A stretch of DNA of 64,000 nt from the human T2T-CHM13v2.0 reference genome, Homo sapiens. Positions within the stretch are counted from its first letter, which is position 1. Each line of letters begins with the position of its first letter. The position numbers were made by a program, and so were the translations under genes. Positions 55,421-64,000 of the stretch are shown here, one piece after another. The stretch is taken from assembly GCF_009914755.1 (NCBI RefSeq), contig NC_060935.1, one strand, 5' to 3'. The notes below the pieces were generated by a model, which was given only the letters and a program-made list of their open reading frames with translations, was not told the origin of the DNA and did no database searches.

Positions 55421-55789
55421 CACTTTATACTCTCTTTCTATCCACCAGCAGCAACTCTGGATTAAAAGGAGCCTATTAGTGTAATAGGAGAAAATGAAAG
55501 AACACCCAGCAGCCAGCCAGCCATGTCCCAAAGTGGAGGTCCAGGTCTTCTGTGGAGCACAGTGTGGGCCCATGGCAGGTCTGACTGCAGCCGAAGTACA
55601 CTGCCAGCACTTCCCTCTTGGTGCATATGCCCAGGGCTGCTGTCTCTCTCCACTGCATGGTTCTTCAGAGGGAAAAAGCCACATGCAACCTATACTTGCC
55701 TCCTGATATGTGTTGTGGAGGAAGTTGCCTCTGTGGTGCAGGAACAGCAGGAGCTGACTCATGCCTTATAACACATTAAGACATAAATC

Positions 55790-56075
55790 TGTGTGTGTGA
55801 GAGACAGGGTTTCCCTCTGTCACCCAGGCTGAGTGCAGGGGTGTGCTCACGGCTCATTGCAACATCGACCTCCCAGACTCAGCAATCCTCCTGCCTCAAC
55901 CTCCCAAGTAGCTGGGACTACAAGCACATACCACGCCTGGCTAATTTTTTAATTTTGTAGAGATGGGGCCTCACTATGTTGCCCTGTCTGGTCTCAAACT
56001 CCTGAGCTCAAGTGATCCTCCAACCTCAACCTCCCAAAGTGTTGGGATTACATGCACAAGTCACTGCACCTGGCC
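55790..56075 (-). mobile_element. AluJ SINE
   Basis: gagacagggtttccctctgtcacccaggc...ctcctgagctcaagtgatcctc...cactgcacctggcc. Confidence 0.92.
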
Positions 56076-57159
56076 AATTTTTCTTTTTAAACCCTAGTGT
56101 CTGAGTCACTTGTTTTTTCTCTTCCCTCAATGATCCTATTTTCCCCTAGAAGCACACCTCACCACTTAATCCTGAGAGCCCCTGAAGGGTGCTGGCCTGG
56201 ATTTCTGTACACCCTTTTTGCAACTAGATGAAAACGTCCAGGTCTTCTAAGATGAAAAGCAGCTACTTCCTGAGTTGCTCAGGCCACGGAGTAGACAGAC
56301 ATCTAGGATATCCTGGTTTAGTCTAGCAAACTCCGCAAAGGAAGCCTGGATTCTAGTCCTATTTTGCCCTCAAATTAAGTCTGTAGCTTTGGGCAAGTCA
56401 CTTTCTCTGTCAAAAACTCTCTATGTTGGTCTCTGTCAAAAGGAGGCAATAATGAACAGCAGTTGACATATAAACACTGTAAATGCTGGCTATTGTTAAT
56501 TATTATTAGTAATACATACCCTGGTTAAAGAATTGTTGTGAGCCCCAAATGAGATAATACATATGAAAGTTCTCTGAGTGAAATACACCATCCAAATGTA
56601 AATTTATTATTGTTGTTTGCCAAATGGCTCTCTCAGAATGTGCAGGCAAAAATATAAATTATGCCAACGGTTGCTATGAAGCATAATTGAATGCAGACAA
56701 ATACTTCTTTAGCACCTCCACATTCTTCCATACAACCACCACCAACACATCAGATAAAGGCACCCGGCAGGCTTTGAAGGCTGAATTGGACAGAGCTGGC
56801 AGAAAGGGACGAGTGAGATCCCACATGACCAGTTCTGCATAAACTGGCTTTGGAAATGGTATTTACTGATTTGGTCATCAATGGCGAGGTAGGAAGCAAA
56901 GTGATCGGTTTTGCTTTCTCCTTTTTCAAATAAACAGGGCAGTTGTTAAACCAGAAGTGAATCTGATCCGGGCTTTAAGAGCAGTCAGCTGCATTCTGAA
57001 ACAGGCAAAAATGTAAACAGAGCCCTGTAACTCTAGACTAGGGCAGAACAGCCATAGGTTTCATAATGGGAGAGTCTATGGGCCCTGTGCCAAGAAAAAT
57101 GAAATGTTACCCTGGGCCTTTAAACAGAATCATGTAAGAGCAGAGTGCATATTTGTTTA

Positions 57160-57177
57160 ACACACACACACACACAC
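57160..57177. repeat. (CA)n microsatellite
   Basis: Read directly from the sequence. Confidence 0.9.
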
Positions 57178-59804
57178 AAGACCTTTTTCTGTGCCAACAC
57201 CTTTCTGAACCCTCCTGAATAAAAGCTGAAATCCCTGAAAACGTCGTACAGAACCAATATTGTTTGCATAGTCTCATTCTTTAGTGCCAAAGGATTTTTC
57301 TGCTGAACAAGGAGCTGTTTCTTTCTTTTCTTTTTTCTTCTTCTTCTTCCTTTTTTTTTTTTTTTGCCTAAGTTAATTACAAAGTATGACTGAGAAAATA
57401 AAATAAATGAGCCCATTCCACCCATCCCTGTATCTGAATTCTATCATATGAGTTGCCAGTTGGTTTTCTAATCCTCTCACTCAATATCTGCTGTTAATTT
57501 GTTCACTATTTCAAGAACTTGAAGACTGTCAGCAAAATACATGATGCATTACAAAACTTATAATTGGAAATAAAAACATCTGACGCTTTCCTGACAGAGT
57601 AAACATAAAGTACTATTGCACTGATCAGAACAAGGGAAATGTGAGCAACCTTGTAGCTATTTGTGTGCAAACACAATTAGAAATGCTGCAGAGAGTGAAA
57701 TCAACTCCCACTTTGAAAAATGCTGAGAAAATTACATCTAAATGAATGAATGAATTCAACATGGTTATGATAGGAAATGAGGGGAAGAGAGGAAGGGAAA
57801 ACAAATCCTGCTCACACTTCCTTTGAAAATGCAACTCAACAGACTTTCTCTTCCTATTTCAGCCATTTTAGAATTGCACTGCCTAGGCCTGATCTAATTT
57901 TCCTGCTGGAGAAGTTAAGGCACTTCCTCCACAGTTACTAAATCTGACAAATTACACCTGGGTCCACTCTAACGTGAAAAAATGTGTTCTTTGTTCCTGA
58001 CCCTTTGGTCAGCCTAGAGATCAAATTCCTGGACATTGGAAAGCCCCACTCATATTCATTAAAAGCCACGGGAGACCAGCTCTGTATTTCTGTTCAAGAG
58101 AAGAACAAGGTGCAGGCTTTCGCTGAACAATACAACTGCTCTGCTCCAGTCGGTGCAATATAGACCTTTCACTTTCTGCAGCTTGGCTGCTGATCAATTA
58201 GTATGTGGATTTTTTTTTTTTCTGCACAGTATCTTAGTATCAAAACAGCAAAAGAAGAGCCTAGTCCCACGAGTAAGTTTACCCCAAATTGCTTGTGTTA
58301 AAAAGCTGGCTACAGATTCAGTAATCAAAAATACAAAGATGATTTCAAAACTCTACCTTACCTCTACCCAGCCAGACATGCCATTAGTTACCACAGGGGC
58401 TAGTATTTGACAGATTAGAATTTTGTTCCCTTTCTAACCATACTCAGCCTTTGAGAAAGATGTTACAGAGCTGAGAGTGAGTCACAAAGACAAAATTGGG
58501 CACCACTGGTGGCAGAGAATCAATTTTAGGTATGCAAGCAATCCACAAGCTCTCCCATGGTACGAAGTATGTATGAGGCTGACCCACCTGCCTGACAACA
58601 AAAAACCTTCTTCTTCTGCACTCCCAAAAAAGAATGAGAAAAAAACAACAATAGGAGAAGTGAAGCAAATCTGTGGCTGAACTGTTAAAAAGATGCCTGA
58701 TGCCTTTCTTCCAGATTCTTGGAAGAATGAGATGGTGAAGGAATACATACAGATGCCATAAAACCTGCCTTAAGGCCTCCTGAGGTAAGGGTGCCCCTAA
58801 AGAATTCATCAACTATTGCCTTCCCATTTGAGGGAGCCCCTTTCCTTCCAGACCTGGCATCCCACTTATAACATCTTCAGTTTAGGCCACTGGATTTTCC
58901 CAGACCTATCAAACCACATTCAAAGCCTCTTCCTTGGGGATCTAGTAAGTACTACAGAACATTACGGTTGCAAACATATATAAATGCTCTGGTGTGTTGT
59001 AAGTTATTTTCTACATACCAATTCCTGTTAAACTGTAAATTAGAAAACACTACTTTAATTCTCCCTAGTCTTGAGGTAGCTTTCAGCTGTGTTGCAAGTT
59101 ATCAACATGTAACAAATACAGACTAATATTCTTTTTCTGTAGCTAGACCAAGCCACAATCCATATCTTCTAAATACATGAATTATAGCTATTTTCCTAGT
59201 CTGATGGCGATTACTTTTGAGAAACCTGTGAATCCTTAATATCAGGGTTCTTATTTTGATTTCTATTTTTAAAACCACTAGCGGTATCAGCAATGCAGAA
59301 CTTAATACTTCCTCCAAAAAAGTCACTGTGAAAACAGGGAAATCAAACAATCAATTTACATTATTTTGGGTTGAAATATCTGTTGGGTTACTAAGCAGGG
59401 ACTCACCTATGTGTAAATCTCAGAGATGGAAAAAATCTAATTTCCGAGGGGAGAAAAGTGGTACCTATGGTATAAGTTCTCCCAAACGTTGCTTCTTAAT
59501 AATAAAAGAGGTTAAAAATTGTACAAGACATTAAAGGAATTCAAGCATGCTCACAAATATGTATTGTTTTTGAAAATTCTAACTTTGATGACCATTTAAG
59601 TGGGTGGCATATGAGAGAAACAAGGGCAGACCTCATTCCTCATGTTTTACAACTAAATGAAGAAGTTAAGGGACTTGCCTAGTGTCACCCAATGGGCAGA
59701 AGGTGAACTAGGGCTAAAACTTATCTAATCTCACTCCTAGTCCCATAGTCTCCTTATGAAGGTTGACAGAGGTATAAAGTAGTTTGGAAACATTAACACA
59801 TCAC

Positions 59805-60000
59805 TATTAGTAGTAATAGCTAACATTTATCAAATGCTTACTCCATGCTAAAAAGTCTTCTATGCACTGTGGATGCATTAATTCTATCTTCATAACAACC
59901 ATGAAACCGTAATGTTTTCTCCCATTTTAGAGATGAAACAGAGGCAGGCAGATGTTAAGAAACTCACCCAAGGTCCCACTGAGCAAGTGGTAAAGATGGC
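59805..60000 (-). mobile_element. MIR SINE
   Basis: aatagctaacatttatcaaatgcttac...cccattttagagatgaaacagaggc...cccaaggtcccac. Confidence 0.8.
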
Positions 60001-61099
60001 AAATACTCTCCTCCCTAGCACAGAAATGCTAATGCAGACATTTCTAAATCGATGTTCAGATTATCAGTAGCTCTGGGAATATTAATTTTGATGAAATATC
60101 TTCACAGTGAGATCCAAACTACTGATGCCTCCCAAAAACAGATGATGAAACTGAAATATCATTTTTGTCAACCTCTGTATTCTTGGTCAAAATACAAAGT
60201 ATCAACAATTCCAATGGATGGGGCAAAAATCATTTAAAGATCTCCCTCATTGTAAAGAGATGCTCAATAGGAAATGGTTGAAGCTTTGTGGAAATCTCAA
60301 CAGACTTAAGTCTAAGGACACCTTTAGGAGAACATTTCAGAAGACTGATTAGTGCTTATTTTCTTGACTTTGCTACCTTGCCAGTATTAAAATTAAAACA
60401 TTTTAAATGATATCAATCCAGTTCAGATATAAACTTTGTCTGCAGTTTGCAGCACCACCAAAAACAGATCATGCCCTGCCACATCACATATCTGAATTAG
60501 TCTGTTTGTTCGATTGCTTGAGATGCTGCAAGATCTGCCTGAGGACCAAAATCATTCCCTCATTCATCACAGCTACAATCTAGTTTAGCTGAACCCTGTC
60601 CTAAACAGATTTGAATCAGCTCAGATAATGGAGGAAGTTTGTTGCTGTCATCATTTCAGCAACTATCAGTCCAGGGATTTCTGAACATCTGCTTGCTCAG
60701 GAATAGCCTTAAATGTCCTGTGCCTTTTAAGGATTTTTTCAAAAGTAATCTTAAATTATTTTTAAACAATGATCTTAACTTGCATGTAGAGCACCTCTGC
60801 CAATCAGAGGTCATTCCTCAACTACTGTACTGACATTAAGAACTGGGCTGTGAAGCTGGAAATGCTCTGTCTCCTGCCCTTTACCCAGAAATGCTAATAT
60901 CAACATCCTACATGACCCCAGATTACAGTTTGACAGGACTGATTTCTGCTGTTTATTCTCTTGCCCTTTACCACGTTCTCACACATTAAAAAAATAAATT
61001 GACGTACCTTACTAAATAAAGCTAGGTATAAACTGGATCTGAGGATTATAACCACCAATTACCACATCCCAACCCCTGCCACCCCTCAGTCATGCTGTA

Positions 61100-61315
61100 C
61101 ACCCTGGAATCAGACTTGTCAGGTTCAAATCAGACCTCTTATTATCTGTGGCGATTCTTGAGCAATTACTTAACTTTTCTGCACCTGGATTTTCTTATCT
61201 GCCAAATGAGAATCATAATAGTGCCCATCTCCTAAAGGTATTTTGAGGATTAAATAAGATGACACGTATACAAAAAATGTAGGACAATGCCTGGCATATA
61301 GGAAGTACTTAATTA
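61100..61315 (+). mobile_element. MIR SINE
   Basis: ctggaatcagac...ggttcaaatc...gagcaattacttaac...gaggattaaataagatg...tgcctggcatatagg. Confidence 0.8.
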
Positions 61316-61347
61316 AGAGTTCAAAATCATTGTCGGGGTTGATTTTA

Positions 61348-61708
<361 letters not shown>

Positions 61709-62331
61709 TTACAGAGGACAAGCCAAACTGTTGAGTAAAGTGACCAATCTGAATTCAGTCTGCTTGTCTTTTTCCAGTCCTATCCACAACTCCTAGTGAA
61801 GGACTGGGGTACTTTTCTGTATTAAGTGAGTAAAGGTGAGTTCTTCTGCTCTACATACACACACACAGGTTAGTTTTGCTCTATATACACCCTCAAAAAA
61901 AAAAAAGTCCTAGAACCTGCTGATATTGACAATCATTTAGTCTAACATTCTCATTTTAAAGATAAAAAAAAAAACTGGCTCTAGGGCCTAAATGACTTGC
62001 CTAAGTTCACATAAATACTTAGTGGGAGAGCCCAAGGCCAGAAAAATTATAATTCATACCCTAAGCAAACTATCCGATATTCTCTTCAGTCCACTGCAAA
62101 CTTTACCTATTTTATCCTTATCATAACCCTCTAAAATAGGTATCATCTTCACCATCTTAGAGATGTGAAAACTGAGGCTCAGACACTGTGAAGTAACTCC
62201 TTTAAAACCTGACAACTGTCAACTGATACAATCAAGATTGACACGCTTCTTGTCTGGCCTCCAAGGATACATGTACCTGTTTCAAGTTTTCCAGAGCTTA
62301 GTTCTGAGAATTCTAGTGCCAGCTCTCAACC

Positions 62332-62501
62332 AGTAACTTTCAAACCACCTGTGCATCAGTCTTGCCCAGGTAACTTTAAAAAATACAAACTGCTGGGCTT
62401 CATCTCAGGAAGGACAATCAGAGTCTCTGGAGGAAGGGCTTCAAAATCTATATTTCTACAGAGACGGTAATTCTGATGTGTAGGGAGGTTTGAGAAACCC
62501 T
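62332..62501. mobile_element. MER5B-like hAT DNA transposon
   Basis: cagtaactttcaaac...gcatcag...aatcagagtctctgg...taattctgatgtgtag...ggtttgagaaaccct. Confidence 0.65.
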
Positions 62502-62679
62502 AATCTAAGCAAGATATTTTATGACTGCTTCCAGTACAAAATGAGAGGGAAATGAGTTACCTAAGGCTGATGGAATGTTCAGAGCAGCTGAATCTATGTG
62601 AAGGGTAGCATGGTGACCTCCTCTCAAATCCTTCTGTGTCACACAGACATACACCCAGCCCCAGTAACATAAACATATA

Positions 62680-63360
<681 letters not shown>

Positions 63361-63593
63361 TATATATCTAGGAAAGCTTTAACTCCTATTGATCTTGCCT
63401 AAAGGGATCTCTATCACAATGAAAACAACAAGTGTTGCATTTTGCAGCAGTACAGTATGTATTTTGTTGGAAATACAGCAATAAGGTTTCCTTTCATCCT
63501 AATCATTTTCATTTAAAGCATCTAAATCTGAGCTGTGTTTTCTTGGTACTGAGCTAAAAAGCAATGTGGAAAACTGTTTGAATCATCACTTAC

Positions 63594-63819
63594 CAAGGTG
63601 CACCGTATATCCTGAATCCCTTCACTGTTACCTCCGAATCTTGTAAGTAAATACTGTTTGTCAGGAGGGACTGAACATTGTCAAAGTCCTCTGGTTTCAA
63701 TTTGGACACAGAGGGGAAACGGTAGTAGTCCTGTTTAACAAGGTCTGCCATGAATTCCTTATCAAATGTCAGTTCATGATTCCCAGCAATCACTATTTTA
63801 TATTCATATGGCAGGTTTC
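63594..63819 (-). CDS. MPPED2: Internal coding exon (226 nt) of metallophosphoesterase domain-containing protein 2, about residues 104-179, including the GNHE metal-binding motif
   Basis: Minus strand acceptor tgctcttttttcttatttcAG|GAAACCTGCCA (AG at 63821-63820) and donor CCTTG|GTAAGTG (GT at 63593-63592). Translation (G)NLPYEYKIVIAGNHELTFDKEFMADLVKQDYYRFPSVSKLKPEDFDNVQSLLTNSIYLQDSEVTVKGFRIYGAP(W) matches recalled MPPED2 rather than paralog MPPED1. Starts in phase 1, ends in phase 2 (TG|G). Confidence 0.96.
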
Positions 63820-64000
63820 CTGAAATAAGAAAAAAGAGCACCAATTAGCACGTTCATTTCCCATCACAAAGTACAACAGCCGAGACTGTGTGATTAGCAG
63901 ACAGCTCACCCAAATGAAATAGCTCGCAAATTCCTTTACATTTCCATGTGAACTGGAATTTATGACTACTACTTTATGCTAACAAAAATGACAATAACGG
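63820..64000 (-). other. MPPED2: 3' end of the upstream MPPED2 intron (branch region and polypyrimidine tract)
   Basis: Minus strand ...gctaattggtgctcttttttcttatttcag: CTAAT branch-like motif, pyrimidine tract and AG. Confidence 0.88.

Noticed and set aside
63820-63844. N-terminal extension MVLFFLIS of the 63590-63844 ORF
   Set aside because: It is the intronic polypyrimidine tract and acceptor; the ORF stop lies in the donor GTAAGT. The true exon is 63594-63819.

Overview
This is human-type (primate) genomic DNA: AT-rich, CpG-depleted and dense in interspersed repeats, with no prokaryotic features. The only supportable coding sequence is one 226-nt minus-strand exon (63594-63819). It has canonical AG/GT boundaries and encodes GNLPYEYKIVIAGNHELTFDKEF...FRIYGAPW, which I recognise as an internal exon of MPPED2 (239FB, metallophosphoesterase-domain protein, 11p14). 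Positions 1-63593 are the long intron downstream of that exon; I did not find the next MPPED2 exon in the window. The intron contains Alus (including two human-specific young copies, AluYa5 and AluYd8), L1M and L2 fragments, MIRs, MLT1 and MER34 solo LTRs, hAT and Tigger DNA transposons, and microsatellites. The other ORFs in the track look like chance or repeat-derived ORFs. I see no clear new biological system. The best leads are: (1) candidate poison/terminal exons that would truncate MPPED2 just after the GNHE exon, one with a nested exitron-like layout; (2) a strand-asymmetric RNA stem; (3) a palindromic minisatellite; (4) a duplicated ~56-bp motif unit; (5) several repeat-free blocks rich in homeodomain, TALE and Sox motifs; (6) two young Alus truncated at the same nucleotide. 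Repeat subfamily names come from recalled consensus sequences, and old-repeat boundaries are approximate.
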